Positions 41,854 to 52,600 are shown, numbered from the stretch's first letter. The stretch is 64,000 bases of DNA from an uncultured delta proteobacterium (GCA_963716725.1 CAVQUB010000005.1:128001-192000), one strand, 5' to 3'. Notes: a model not told the origin generated them from the sequence alone. Numbers and translations are program-made.

Positions 41854-42330
41854 CTACTTCTTCTTCCGCGGGCCCCGCTGACAGCGGCCTTCGTCGCAGA
41901 TCGGCTCACAGGTCCACGGCTCGCACTGCGCCATGGTTCCGCAGCCGTTCTTCTTCGCATCCTTGACCAAAGCGTCCAGCTTCTTCGCGGTGGCCTTCTC
42001 GACGATGCCGCCGCAGTCGTTGCCGGGGATCTTCGAGAGCTGTCCGGGGAAACACCCGCAGTCAGCGTCCTTCTTGCAGGCGTAGGTCGCCGCCGACAGC
42101 GCCTCGTCGAAGTCGTGCAAGGTCTTGTCGCAGCCCTTCAGCTCCTTGGGCGGCGCTGCCGCCTCGGGCTCCGCCGAGGCCGGGGGGCCCGGGTCTTCGG
42201 CCTTCGGTGAATCGTCGGCCTTGGCGCTCTCCGCCGGGGGGGCAGCCGCGTCTGCGGGGGGCTTGCTCGCGCAACTCGGGAGCGAGAATGGGAGCGCGAG
42301 CGCGAGCGCGGTGATGAACGATCTCTTCAT
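41854..42330 (-). CDS. Cys-rich lipoprotein
   Basis: MKRSFITALALALPFSLPSC. Confidence 0.75.
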   Translation of the reverse strand: MKRSFITALALALPFSLPSCASKPPADAAAPPAESAKADDSPKAEDPGPPASAEPEAAAPPKELKGCDKTLHDFDEALSAATYACKKDADCGCFPGQLSKIPGNDCGGIVEKATAKKLDALVKDAKKNGCGTMAQCEPWTCEPICDEGRCQRGPRKKK

Positions 42331-42347
42331 GATGTCTCCGTGGGTTT

Positions 42348-42941
42348 TCACAGCTCGATGACCACCACCCGCTCGTCTTCGGGCTTCGTCAGCTCGAGCT
42401 CGAGGGAGTAGGTCTTGGGCCCGACGCGCGCGCCGAGCATCACTTGAATCGGCGGGTTCTCACCGCCGAGCTTCTCGAGCCGCACACGCACGCGGTACTT
42501 GCCGCGCGGCGCGTCCCCCTCCTCGAGGTACACGTTCTCCATGTTCTGCCCCCGGCAAGCGTTGCTCTTGCCCGGGCAATCGCGGTCTTTGACCAGTCCG
42601 CTCTTGGCGGCCCGGCCCACCTCCGCCAGCTCACCGTTCGGGTCCATCACCTCGAGATCGACGTCCGCGCCCGCTTGGGGCCAGGCGATGACGAACTGAA
42701 CCAGGCCGGTCGCGACGCCGCAGCCCTCGTCGATGATGCCGTTGCAGTTGTCGTCCCGAGCGTTGAAGCAGAGCTCCGAGCCGCTCGGAGTGCAGGCTTC
42801 GCGGACCACCACGCCGGGCGCGGCGGTGAGCTGGATGATCCGCGGGCCCTTGTCCGCGGGCGAGGCTGCGGGGTGCTTCTTCCCGCAGCTCACCGAGCAG
42901 AGCAACGCTAGGAGGGCGCTGACAGCACGAGCGCGCCCCAC
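42348..42941 (-). CDS. Lipoprotein with metal-binding (MopE-like) repeat and beta-sandwich domain
   Basis: ELCFNARDDNCNGIIDEGC; ADVDLEVMDP. Confidence 0.75.
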   Translation of the reverse strand: MGRARAVSALLALLCSVSCGKKHPAASPADKGPRIIQLTAAPGVVVREACTPSGSELCFNARDDNCNGIIDEGCGVATGLVQFVIAWPQAGADVDLEVMDPNGELAEVGRAAKSGLVKDRDCPGKSNACRGQNMENVYLEEGDAPRGKYRVRVRLEKLGGENPPIQVMLGARVGPKTYSLELELTKPEDERVVVIEL

Positions 42942-45610
42942 TACTTCTTGCCCTTACCCTCACCCTCGGCGCCCTCGGGCACCTTCACGCCTGTGATGAC
43001 CTTGGGATTCATCAGCTCGAAATAGGCCGCCGACGCCAGCTCCCCGGTCGGACCCTTGTCGTCGCGCAACGCCAGCAGCACGCCCTGCTCCTTCATGAAC
43101 TTGAGCGTGCGGATGGCGCCTTCCATCAGCTCCTTCTTGGAGGTGTCCCGGGCCATTTGCATCAGGCGGTGCCTCAAGACGACGCGGGTGAAGGAGTGCG
43201 GTCCGTTGTCGAACTGCAGATTGTCGAACTGCTTCATCAGCAAGAAGGGCGCCCAGTCTTGGGGCACGCCCTTCAGCTCCACCTGCTGGATGCCGACGGC
43301 GTTGTCCACCCACTTGAAGATGCGCCCGCTGCTCAGATCTTCGTGGGACCAGTAGCCGAAAGCGTCGTACCAGAGGTTTTGCAGCTCCTCGATGGTGGCC
43401 TTGGGTCGGTCGGAGAAGGTCGCCACGGCGCGCTTGGCCGTGTCGGTGGAGCCGCCGAGGATCAGCGCGAGCGCTGCGTCCGTGACCAGCGATTCGGACT
43501 TCATCATCTCGAACAACTTCTGTTCGACGTCGTTGTCGAAGCCCGTCTTGCCGACCGCGACGGCGACCTGGTGGCGCGTTTCGAGGGACGCTTCGGGGTT
43601 CAGCATCGGCAAGAGCGCGGCGGCCGTGCCTTGGATGGGCCGGCGGATGAAGGCCTCGAGCAGGCAGCCGCGGCGCTGGGAGTCGGCCTTGTCGGGCTTG
43701 TTGTACTCCTGCACCTTCTTCGCGACCTCGAGCATGTCCTCTTTGGACCCGACCCAGGGCAGGGCCGCGCAGGCCGACAAGCGGCTCTGCTCGTTCTCTT
43801 TGGGTTCCTCGATGTACTTGAGCAGTGGCTTGAAGCCCTTGGGGTTTTGCCACTGCGCCATGCCGTCGGCCGCGCCGACACCCAGGGCGCGGAGGCTCAT
43901 GCCCAAGATCGCGAGCCCGCCAGCCATCAGGCCATCCATGGTCACGTCGAGCTTGGGATCGCGGCGGGTGAGGGAGCGCTCGAGCACGCCCCAGCTCTGC
44001 TCGTCCTTGAGCCAACCGACGTAGCGCATCGCGCTCTGAGCGATGACCCACTCCTCCGGGAAGGGAGGCTGCTGGCCCTCGAGGGGCAGCGGCTTGGCTG
44101 GATCGGCCCACTTGCGGAACGCAGTGATGTCCTTGGTCGAGCCCATGGCCGCCAGCGCACGCAGGCCGTTGGCGTGCGGCGAGGGCATCTCGTGGATCCA
44201 GAAGATGACCGCGTCCTCACCCTCTTTTTGGAGGTACTCGTGCTTGTCCGGGTGCATCACGGCCAGATCCGCGATCATGCGCGTCGCGACCACGCGCTCT
44301 TGGTCGTCGCGCTTGAGCAGCTGCTCGTGGTCGTACTGATCGCTATAGATCTTCAGCGGGTCCATGCGCAGGCGCTTGGCCAGCGTCGGCACCGCGCGCA
44401 CGTCACCGATCTCGGCCATGGCCGTCGCGGCCTCGGTCTGCCAGTGAATGTGGGGCTTGGTCTCGATGTACTTCAGCAGCGCGTCGCCGCAGCGCGGGTC
44501 CTGCAGTTCGCGGACCAGATCCAAGATGACCTTGGTCTGGAACCACGCCTTCTCGACGCCGTCGTCATTCGAGGCCATCGCGAGCAGGAGGCCCTCGCAG
44601 CCGATGCCGTCCTTGAGCGCGTGCAAGAACTTCTTGCGGCTCTCTTTGTCCGTCTTCTTCAGGGCGGCGACCAAGGGCTCGCGCGCGCGCTGGTCGCCGA
44701 TCTTGCCCAGGCCGGGGGCAGCCTGACGAGCGATCTCGGCGTCGCTGTCCTGGACCAGCTTGATCAGCACGTCGGTGTACTTCGCCGAAGCATTGCGCGA
44801 CAGCACCGTGGCCACGAGCTGGCGCACGGCGCCGCTCTCGTCGCCGGCGTAGGTCGCGAGCTTGTCCGTATCGATCAGCTTGACGATCTTCTCGGGATCG
44901 AAGGCCACGCCCCCACCGAGGCGTTGCACCTTCGACAAGTGCCCGGCGCGGTAGAGCACCATGATCTGGTCGAAGGAGGCAGCCTCGCCCAGCACCACCA
45001 GCGCCCACGCGATCTGAGGCTTGGCGCCGGGACCGGCCTTGGCCAAGGCCTGCATCAGCGGCCCCTTGGCGCTCTCGGCCATGGGCAGGCCGTACTCGGT
45101 GAGGCAAGTCGCGGCCATTGACTGGATCGGCTCGCTCGGGCGAGCCAGGGCCTTGATCGCGAGATCGACACCCGCCGGATCCTTCGCGAACGCGAGCTGC
45201 TTGAGCGATTCGGCGACGAGCTCGTCGCTCGCGTCCCCGGCCGCCCACTCTCGCCACTTGGGCAGCTGTTCGTCCTTGGGCAGGATGAAGGTCGCTTTCT
45301 TCCGGTCTTCGACCTGCTCTACAGTGAGCTTCTCGGCGTCCTTCTTGAGGCCGATGAAGAGGAACAGCCCGAGCCCGATGACGGCCACGAGCCCGACCAG
45401 AATGACGAAGGGATTGAAGCGTCCCTTCTTGAAGTTTCCGTCGCCCATGTCGTACGAACCAGGCGCGCCGCCGCCGGGAAGCTGCGGGTTTCCGCCCCCG
45501 CCGTCCGGACCGCCGATGGCGAAGTGGACGCGCTCCAGAGGCGTCTCCCCTGCGAGCGGTGGGACGGGCCGAGGAGCGGGCTGCGGGGACGGCGGGATCG
45601 GTTCGAGCAT
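42941..45610 (-). CDS. Membrane-anchored HEAT-repeat protein
   Basis: N-terminal TM; LGKIGDQRAREPLVAAL-type repeats. Confidence 0.85.
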   Translation of the reverse strand: MLEPIPPSPQPAPRPVPPLAGETPLERVHFAIGGPDGGGGNPQLPGGGAPGSYDMGDGNFKKGRFNPFVILVGLVAVIGLGLFLFIGLKKDAEKLTVEQVEDRKKATFILPKDEQLPKWREWAAGDASDELVAESLKQLAFAKDPAGVDLAIKALARPSEPIQSMAATCLTEYGLPMAESAKGPLMQALAKAGPGAKPQIAWALVVLGEAASFDQIMVLYRAGHLSKVQRLGGGVAFDPEKIVKLIDTDKLATYAGDESGAVRQLVATVLSRNASAKYTDVLIKLVQDSDAEIARQAAPGLGKIGDQRAREPLVAALKKTDKESRKKFLHALKDGIGCEGLLLAMASNDDGVEKAWFQTKVILDLVRELQDPRCGDALLKYIETKPHIHWQTEAATAMAEIGDVRAVPTLAKRLRMDPLKIYSDQYDHEQLLKRDDQERVVATRMIADLAVMHPDKHEYLQKEGEDAVIFWIHEMPSPHANGLRALAAMGSTKDITAFRKWADPAKPLPLEGQQPPFPEEWVIAQSAMRYVGWLKDEQSWGVLERSLTRRDPKLDVTMDGLMAGGLAILGMSLRALGVGAADGMAQWQNPKGFKPLLKYIEEPKENEQSRLSACAALPWVGSKEDMLEVAKKVQEYNKPDKADSQRRGCLLEAFIRRPIQGTAAALLPMLNPEASLETRHQVAVAVGKTGFDNDVEQKLFEMMKSESLVTDAALALILGGSTDTAKRAVATFSDRPKATIEELQNLWYDAFGYWSHEDLSSGRIFKWVDNAVGIQQVELKGVPQDWAPFLLMKQFDNLQFDNGPHSFTRVVLRHRLMQMARDTSKKELMEGAIRTLKFMKEQGVLLALRDDKGPTGELASAAYFELMNPKVITGVKVPEGAEGEGKGKK

Positions 45611-45705
45611 TTTCCTCCGACGTTGTGCGGTCCCGTCGACGAGGACGTCGGCGCTCGAGCCCGCACATCGAGCGGCCGCGACCTTATCCCAGGAGCCAGG
45701 CGACC

Positions 45706-46503
45706 GTGAAGCACGGAGCCGACCAACCCGCGGAAATATCGGAGGCTCCGCCGACGGACGAGCCGCCGCTCCGGCCCCCGGGCGAACCCCCCACGCGGCG
45801 GAATGGCCGCCCAGCGTGGCTGGTCCCGGTGGGCATCGCGCTCGGGACGAGCGCCGTCGTCACCGGGCTTTCTTACGGAATGCCCGACAAGTACGCGGCT
45901 ACCGCGGTGGGTCTGGGCTTCCTGGCCGCCACCTATTGGGTCGCGCTGCGCCGGGACCATCCCCTGGCCCCCGACCACTACGGGCTCGCGCTCGGCGGGC
46001 TGCTCGACCCCGAGCCGATCTCTCCGAGACGGGTCGCGGGTGACACCGCTCGCGCCTTGGCGTGGGCCGTTGGCCTCGCGCTGGCCATCTTTCCCCTCTT
46101 CTGGTTCGCCTACCGGTGGTGGTGGAAACCCCGACACGCGTTCGAATCCGGCAGCCTGCCGTCCCTCGGGGACGACGTGCTCGGTCAGCTCCTGGTGATC
46201 GCGCTGCCCGAAGAGGCCTTCTACCGCGGCTACCTCCAGACCGCCCTCGACGACGCGTTGAAGCCCCGCATCAAGATCCTTGGAGCCACGGTCGGCTGGG
46301 GGCTCTTGATCTCGAGCGTGCTGTTTGCGCTCGGGCACTTTGCCACCGAAGCGCACCCGAACCGTCTGGCGGTGTTCTTCCCGGCGCTCGCCTTCGGTTG
46401 GTTGCGTGCGCGCACCGGTGGCATCGGTGCGGGCATCGTGTTCCACGCGCTCTGCAACCTGTTCGCGGCGTACCTGGCGCGGAGTTATGGGATGGGGCGT
46501 TAG
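45706..46503 (+). CDS. CPBP/CAAX-type intramembrane protease (MrtC-like)
   Basis: ALPEEAFYRGYLQ, FALGH, FHALCN. Confidence 0.88.
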   Translation: MKHGADQPAEISEAPPTDEPPLRPPGEPPTRRNGRPAWLVPVGIALGTSAVVTGLSYGMPDKYAATAVGLGFLAATYWVALRRDHPLAPDHYGLALGGLLDPEPISPRRVAGDTARALAWAVGLALAIFPLFWFAYRWWWKPRHAFESGSLPSLGDDVLGQLLVIALPEEAFYRGYLQTALDDALKPRIKILGATVGWGLLISSVLFALGHFATEAHPNRLAVFFPALAFGWLRARTGGIGAGIVFHALCNLFAAYLARSYGMGR

Positions 46504-46775
46504 CCCCCACCCTGCCCCGTCTTCGCGCGCTCCTCGAACGCCGCCTCGAGGTGCATCAGCATCAGCTTGTCCTTCGGCCGCGACAGATGTCGCTTGACCT
46601 CGACCAGCTTCTCGAGCGTCAGCACACGGACGGGATACTCCCCTACCTCGAGCACTTCGCTGCCTGGGAGGAGATCGACGTATTCCCCGCCCCTGTCGAT
46701 TGATCCAAGCACGTCGAATCTGAGATTCCCGGCCTGAAGAAGCTGGTTGCCCGCACCACGGGAGAGCTGTCTTGC
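46500..46775 (-). pseudogene. C-terminal half of a nucleotidyltransferase toxin-like gene
   Basis: FDVLG...VRVLTLEKLVEVK....RPKD; N-terminal GG/DxD motif absent. Confidence 0.65.
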
Positions 46776-47026
46776 AGGGCAGCCGCGATTTCGTTTCTTC
46801 ATGTGCCCCTAGGCTGTTTGGGCTCGCGGTCTGTTGGGTCCACGATCGGCGGCTGTCACGCCATCTGCATCGCGAGGGCATTTGGAACCGCCGCCCGCAA
46901 CCGGCGCGCAGCCGCCGGTCCCGCCTTTCGTGACGGCGAGAGTCCCGACGGAGTGGGCTAGCCATGAATGCTCGGACCACCTCCGTGGGGAGTCCCAAGC
47001 GTCCGCTCCTTCGCTTCAATCGCCAA

Positions 47027-47359
47027 TCAGAGCGCGATGCGGATCAGATCACTTCCGTGGAATCCCAGAATGAAAATCAACTCGGACGGCAGCTCCTCCG
47101 AACGCCGAGGAGCGACCTTTCGACGGGGATACTGCGTGAGATAGCCTTTGACGTCCTCCACGGCGGCAGTGACCTTATCCACAATCGCGTCGTGCTCAAC
47201 CACTGGTGAACCAAAATCACCAGCCGTCCAGTACCAACCTGGCGGTAGTGCACGGGTGGCTTCGCCATCGGGACCCGGAACCCAGACTCCGTCAGGAAAG
47301 TGATAGAGCGGGCGCAGCTCCGGGGCTTCTTTGACCCACCGAACAGCCACAATGCGCAC
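47027..47359 (-). CDS. Hypothetical protein, possibly partial
   Basis: ORF with protein-like composition. Confidence 0.4.
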   Translation of the reverse strand: MRIVAVRWVKEAPELRPLYHFPDGVWVPGPDGEATRALPPGWYWTAGDFGSPVVEHDAIVDKVTAAVEDVKGYLTQYPRRKVAPRRSEELPSELIFILGFHGSDLIRIAL

Positions 47360-47395
47360 CGGACCTGTGACCAGAAGCGGCGGGTGGCGTCAGGG

Positions 47396-47896
47396 TCACC
47401 TCGTCCACTCCATCGCGATGTCCGTCTCCGACAGGTCCAGCGCGTTCGCGATCTTGTACAGGGTCGAGCGCCGAGGGATCGAAGGCGAGTTCAGCATCCG
47501 ACTGAGCGACGGCTGCGGGATCCCGCTCTTCTGAGCCACTGCGGAGACGCCGCCGTGCTTGTCGATGAGCTGCCGGAGCTTCGCCTTCTCTGCCATCACG
47601 CGCTGGGCAACGTCATCGAGCTGGTCGTACTTGATGTACGGCTTGTGCAAGGGCTCCTGCGGCGCCTCGGCGTAGTCGTCGATCGATTCATGCAGATCCG
47701 CGATGATCTCGTCCCGCTCTGCGGGGTCGCAGGCTGAGTCCATCCAGAGCGCCATCAAGTCATGGACACCTTGGTCCGCGCGGCCGAGTTCGGCAGCCTT
47801 CACGATGAACTCGTGATCGAGCCCCGCGTTCTTCATCTCGACCATGATCGAGGCGAGCGCCAACGCCTGCTCGGCTGAAGTCTTGAAGGGGATCAT
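47396..47896 (-). CDS. XRE-HTH protein with N-terminal helical domain (antitoxin-like)
   Basis: VSAVAQKSGIPQPSLSRML...TLYKIANAL; ATGA overlap with the upstream gene. Confidence 0.85.
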   Translation of the reverse strand: MIPFKTSAEQALALASIMVEMKNAGLDHEFIVKAAELGRADQGVHDLMALWMDSACDPAERDEIIADLHESIDDYAEAPQEPLHKPYIKYDQLDDVAQRVMAEKAKLRQLIDKHGGVSAVAQKSGIPQPSLSRMLNSPSIPRRSTLYKIANALDLSETDIAMEWTR

Positions 47897-48339
47897 AGGG
47901 TGCCTCGGTAGATGTAACGACCCAGGGAAATGAGGTTCATGCGCGTCTTGAACACCGCCATCTTTCGCTGATCGACGGCATCGCTCGACTTCACGTACGC
48001 CTCGCACAGGAACGCGGTCTGCTGCCCGGCCATGACGGGCAACCGCAGTTGCACCTGACCCGAACCCAAGTTGTGCCACTTCATCTTGTACCCGCTGGGA
48101 AGGACCCTGCTCCCCTGCTTGGCGGGTCCCCAGAAAGTCGGGATGGCGAACTTCGGCTCCGGCGATGGGATCCCCGTTCGCAGCAGCTCAACGTCCGGTC
48201 GGAGCAAGGTCCAGTAGTCTTTGTCCGCGAAGACATTGGCGTGCTTTAGCCTGAGGTACGAGTCCAACGCCCACTCCGTGATAACGACGGTCCACGGCTG
48301 GGCCGATATTCCGGCTGGAGCGGAGGGGGGCTGGCTCAT
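47893..48339 (-). CDS. Hypothetical protein, remote RelE/Gp49-like toxin candidate
   Basis: YKMKW...LRL...FLCEAYVK...RM pattern; translationally coupled to the HTH gene. Confidence 0.6.
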   Translation of the reverse strand: MSQPPSAPAGISAQPWTVVITEWALDSYLRLKHANVFADKDYWTLLRPDVELLRTGIPSPEPKFAIPTFWGPAKQGSRVLPSGYKMKWHNLGSGQVQLRLPVMAGQQTAFLCEAYVKSSDAVDQRKMAVFKTRMNLISLGRYIYRGTL

Positions 48340-49087
48340 ATAACATTTCATAACACTCGCTCTGGGACAGCGCAAGTCTCCAAGGGTTTTTACGGGTTCG
48401 TTGGATGCGAGCGCCTCAGGAAATCTGGGTTTGTTTGCTTGCGAGTTCGTCCGATTCCAGCGCGGGGACCGGCGGGCCCGCGAGTGGGGCAGCGAGTAGC
48501 GGTGGCAGCGCCGGCACGGGAGCGAACAACAGCAGCGGCAGAGCCGCAGCCGCAGGGAACACCGCGCCGTGCCGGGGGCCCGACAACCTCGGAGCGACGC
48601 TAGGTGCGTGTTGCAAGTCCCCGCAGCCGCCGCCGGCAGCGCGGCGACCTCCGTCTCGATTCACGAGCTCACGGGCCAAACGCCACCGGTGTTCGTCGGA
48701 GCGACCCAGGTGGGCCCGGCGTTCACGGTCGCGGCGAATCAGCCCCTCGCCGACGCCATCAGGCGCGTAGGAAAATCCAGCCTCGCTCGGTGGGTCGCGT
48801 CGTCGAGCTTCCGAGAGTCGGCGGATCGCACCACCGATGCACGAGGCTCGCAGCGTGACCACGATTCCACCCGGCGAGGTTGGGTTTTCACCACCCACAA
48901 CGGTCGCCCAACAGCCTTCCGGAACCGCACCGGCCCACCTCACGTCCGAGATCCCCTTGGGCCTTGCCGGCTGCGCTGCCGCGCCGCGTTTCGTCCAAGA
49001 ACCTTCGCGTGACTGGCTTCGCTCGCTCGGCTCCCTCGCAAAGGCTCGGGACCTCACGCGCTCGAGTCACGCCGGAAGCTACTGCTT

Positions 49088-49125
49088 ATGCGATCTTGTT
49101 CGATCCTGCCGGGGCGCGCCGCTGG
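49088..49125. repeat. Left inverted repeat of a two-gene module
   Basis: 37/38 match to the reverse complement of 51180-51217. Confidence 0.85.
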
Positions 49126-49248
49126 TCCGCTACGGGAAAGGTCGACCCCTCTTCTTCGCGGACCCGCGTGCGGCGACCGAGGTCCGCGCGAAGTGTCGCT
49201 TCGGCTCGAGGATGTCGGGCGACCCGAGATTCGTGTTCCTCGTGGTTT

Positions 49249-49761
49249 TCAGTCCCTCGCCGCCGCGACGACGTCGCTCGCGGTAGCTTCGGCCGGGGCG
49301 ACCCAACGCACCTTGCCGGTCGCCTCGAGGATGACGGTCCCGGGCAGCTTGTCGATCGCGAGCTCGCGACGAAGGACGTCGCCACGGTCGACCAAGAACG
49401 GTGATTCGGCGCCCCACCTCTTCAAAGCGGCGGCGGCGTCCGCATCGCTCTCACCGTCGGAGAGCACGGCCACGAGCACGAGCATCGCACCGCTCTCGCG
49501 TAGCGCAGCCTTGTGGGCGAGGAGGCCGGGCACCTTCTTCGCGCACGGCTCGCAGGTCGGGGCGAAGGCGTCCACGATCGTCACCCGAGTGTTCGGCTGC
49601 GGGACCGTGACGAGGGCGCCTTCGTTCGAGGGGAGCGCGAACGTGGTGGTCGTGCCGAGAGCGGGGCTCTGCGCCGAGGAGGGGGCCGATCCGGCGCCCC
49701 CACTGCATGCGGAAAAGACGAGAGGAACGACGAGCGCGACGAAGGAACGGCTCATTCGCAT
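49249..49761 (-). CDS. TlpA-like thioredoxin lipoprotein
   Basis: FSAC lipobox; CEPC active site; KLPGT. Confidence 0.85.
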   Translation of the reverse strand: MRMSRSFVALVVPLVFSACSGGAGSAPSSAQSPALGTTTTFALPSNEGALVTVPQPNTRVTIVDAFAPTCEPCAKKVPGLLAHKAALRESGAMLVLVAVLSDGESDADAAAALKRWGAESPFLVDRGDVLRRELAIDKLPGTVILEATGKVRWVAPAEATASDVVAAARD

Positions 49762-49793
49762 GGCCCACTGGGGGGTGCCGCCACAGTGGCCGC

Positions 49794-51104
49794 TCATTTC
49801 AGCTCGGCATCGGCGCGCTTGCGCACGGCCTCGGAGAGGTCGGTGCGAGGAGCACCCCCGAGGCTCTTCGCGGCCTCCTCTTTGCCCGACTTGCTCCAGA
49901 TTAGGTCCTGCTCCGAATACACCGCGATGAAGCCCTGCTCCGTCGCGACCTTGCCGGCGATGGCGGTGATCTTGTCTCCCAGCTCCTTCATGCGGCGCCT
50001 CTCCAAGTCCCCCACCTCCCGCTGGTACTTGATGTAGAGCGCCTGGAGGTCCGCCGTCTCGCGCTGGTGCTGAGCCCGCTTCTCTTTCGTCTTGTCCGCG
50101 CCGAGCGCCGCCTCCTGCTTTTCGAGGTCCGCGGCGCGATTCTTGAGCTCGGCCTGCTTCTTGTTGAGCTCGTTCTGCCGCTGGTCGAAGACGGTCTTCA
50201 GCTCGGCTTTGGCGCGCTTTCCCACGGCCGATTCGAGAATAACGTTGTCCAGGTCGACCCGCGCGATGCGGTCCGTCGCCACACATCGACCTTCCTCGAA
50301 CTGGCTCCCCGGGGGGCAGTCGACTCGGGCTCCCGCCGCGCGGCCCTCGATCCGCGTCAGCCCGATGCGCAGGGGCACGCTGCAGCCGACCTCCCGCGTG
50401 CCCTCTCGCTGCGCCTTCTCGCAAGCGTCGGCGTTGCCCTCGCGGGCGAGCCGCTCGGCGGTTCGGTCCTGACTGCCCCCCGCGCCGACTCCAAAGATGC
50501 TCGCCGTTGCGGACAGCGCCTCGCTCTCGCCTGCCGCCATCGCGAAGCCACCGAGGTAGACCTTGCTCACGACGTGGGTCGCGCGGTCGCAGTCCCCGTC
50601 GAGCTGGTCGGCAGGAAAGGTCTTCATCACCGGAGTCGCGAGCAGGCCGGCGAGCATGTAGTCGGTGCGGAGCGCGCGTCCGCCTCCGACCTTCCCGCCC
50701 AGCCTCGCAGCGCCGATGGGAAGCTCGGCGAACAAGTCGCGTTGGCTCTTCGCCGTCTTCGTTTCGGTCGCGCTGTACGGTGAGAACTTGTACTCGGCGC
50801 CCTTTCCCACGCAGTTCAGGACCTCTAGCTCGACGTTGCAGCCCTCGGCCTTGTAGCGGACCCCGACGACCCCGGTCTCTTGGAGCGCCTTCAGGTTCAG
50901 GCGTGAACCCGAGTCCCAACCCATCAGATCCGGCTCGGTCGGCGGACGGATGGCGCTGCACTGCGTGCCCTCGAACGCCTCGCCCGTCTTGGTCGGCTCG
51001 AGCAGATCCGGTGTCGTGATGCTCGACGTGCCGCACGCCGCGACAGCGAACGCCGAAACGACGAACCTCGAAGCGACCAGCCCCTGCAAGCGTGCGTTCG
51101 ACAT
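49794..51104 (-). CDS. Lipoprotein with Cys-rich domain and C-terminal OmpH/Skp-like domain
   Basis: VAAC lipobox; IARVDLDNVILES..GK.A...L coiled coil...DLSEAV. Confidence 0.75.
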   Translation of the reverse strand: MSNARLQGLVASRFVVSAFAVAACGTSSITTPDLLEPTKTGEAFEGTQCSAIRPPTEPDLMGWDSGSRLNLKALQETGVVGVRYKAEGCNVELEVLNCVGKGAEYKFSPYSATETKTAKSQRDLFAELPIGAARLGGKVGGGRALRTDYMLAGLLATPVMKTFPADQLDGDCDRATHVVSKVYLGGFAMAAGESEALSATASIFGVGAGGSQDRTAERLAREGNADACEKAQREGTREVGCSVPLRIGLTRIEGRAAGARVDCPPGSQFEEGRCVATDRIARVDLDNVILESAVGKRAKAELKTVFDQRQNELNKKQAELKNRAADLEKQEAALGADKTKEKRAQHQRETADLQALYIKYQREVGDLERRRMKELGDKITAIAGKVATEQGFIAVYSEQDLIWSKSGKEEAAKSLGGAPRTDLSEAVRKRADAELK

Positions 51105-51179
51105 GAACGCGGATCATGCCACGGCGTGGGCGTGGCTTCCGAAAACCTTTCACGCCCACCCACGTCGTCGGCCGCCGCG

Positions 51180-51217
51180 CCAGCGGCGCGCCCCGGCACG
51201 ATCGAACAAGATCGCAT
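51180..51217. repeat. Right inverted repeat of the two-gene module
   Basis: Partner of 49088-49125. Confidence 0.85.
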
Positions 51218-51500
51218 GGGCAGCTATGTAAAACGCTTCCCGGCGTTGCAACGCTCCTGCGACTACTTCACCGTATTCGCCGAGGCAAGGCGCGCCACGC
51301 GTCCTGGCACTCTTGATCGGAAGTCGGCGAGCCGAGCGCGGCCTTCGCCGGCCGGTGCGAGAGTCAGGGGCAGGGGCGAGGGCGATGACCGAGGCGGTGG
51401 CCGCGCTCGGCTCGCCGACCAGGGCTAGGGCCAGGGGGCGGAAGCCAGGTCTGCTGACCGGAGCGGGGCTGTCAAAGAACGAGGCGGCGCGAGGCCTGGG

Positions 51501-52200
51501 TTACGACTGGGCGGCGACGGGCGCGAGCCGGTGGCGGCGCAGGGCGAGAAGGTGCTCGTCGGTGGCGGTGACGGCGGCGAGCAGAATGTCGCGCATCACG
51601 TTGCGCCAAGGCCGAGTGCTTTGCTCGTCAGAGCGCAGGGTTACGCCGCGCTAGAGCGTGAGCAAGGTGTAGGCAATGCGGCGCAACACGATCACGACGA
51701 CGGTTGCTCGTGGATTCTGCTCGATCCATGGATGGTCGCCCCTCGCCAGGGACTTCCAAGGGTCGTCCTCTGCGAAAGCCGTGTCGAGGATTTGGTGGGA
51801 GGTCTCGACACCCCAGTGCCGACGCACGACGAGCAACCATTGCGCATGCGTCAGCCGAGAGCGCGGCAAGCTCGAAACGAAGTAGCGGTTTTCAACGTGA
51901 TGCAGTTGCCCTTCTGGTCGAGCGTCTCGACCTCGACACGGAGCACGGTGCGCAGGTGGTCCCAGCCTTCTGGCGCGGCGCCGGCTTCATCGATGTAGAG
52001 CCGACGCACCACGGTGTTGCCGTGGTCGAAGTCGCTGCTGGTTGCTACTGCTTGTGCCGGCGCACGTTCACCCAACCAGCGCACGGCCTCTTCGTACAGT
52101 GTCGGCTGTGTGCTCTTGATGGCCATCAGGTAGTGAAGCCCGCGGTCACGTGCGGCCTGGGCGTTTTGCTTCGAGCAAGCGCCGGTATCGTCCCTCGTCA
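51501..52200 (-). pseudogene. ISAs1-family transposase remnant (5'-truncated, frameshift, internal stop)
   Basis: HYLMAIKSTQPTL, RYFVSSL, RRHWGVE.SHQILD..F.ED. Confidence 0.8.
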
Positions 52201-52257
52201 GCTCACGATCAGTCACATCTTTTGATCCGGTTTCGTCCTCCTGTGCGTCCGGAGAGC

Positions 52258-52600
52258 ATGGCAAGAGCGAAGGCGAAGGTGCGAGTGTCTGTGGCGAAGG
52301 AGTTCGAGGGGGGTGAGCTTGGGGATCGGCGGCTGAACGCCCGACTGGAGCGGATCGCGCGAGCAGCGGACGCGAACCCGAGCGATACCTTTCCCGACAT
52401 GATGGGCTCTGGGGCAGAACTCGAAGGTTTCTACCGCTTTGTCCGGAACGAAAAGGTGAGCTTCGACGAGGTGCTCCGGCCGCACGTCAGCGCCACAGTG
52501 CGTCGGGTTGCGGAGCACGACGAGGTGATCGTGATGCACGACACGACGGAGTTTCGGTTCTTGGGCGACAAGCGCCAGGGGCTCGGCAGGGTCGGCACCC
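52258..52600 (+). pseudogene. IS4-family (IS50/Tn5-like) transposase N-terminal fragment
   Basis: LGDRRLNARL...FYRF..N...H...T..R....HDTTE. Confidence 0.85.

Noticed and set aside
48338..48360. dif-like site
   Set aside because: No XerC/XerD 11-6-11 arrangement; better explained as a promoter or operator of the adjacent gene pair
46811..48916. Possible terminal inverted repeats starting AGGCTGTT
   Set aside because: Only about 12 bp match, with gaps, and no clear target duplication
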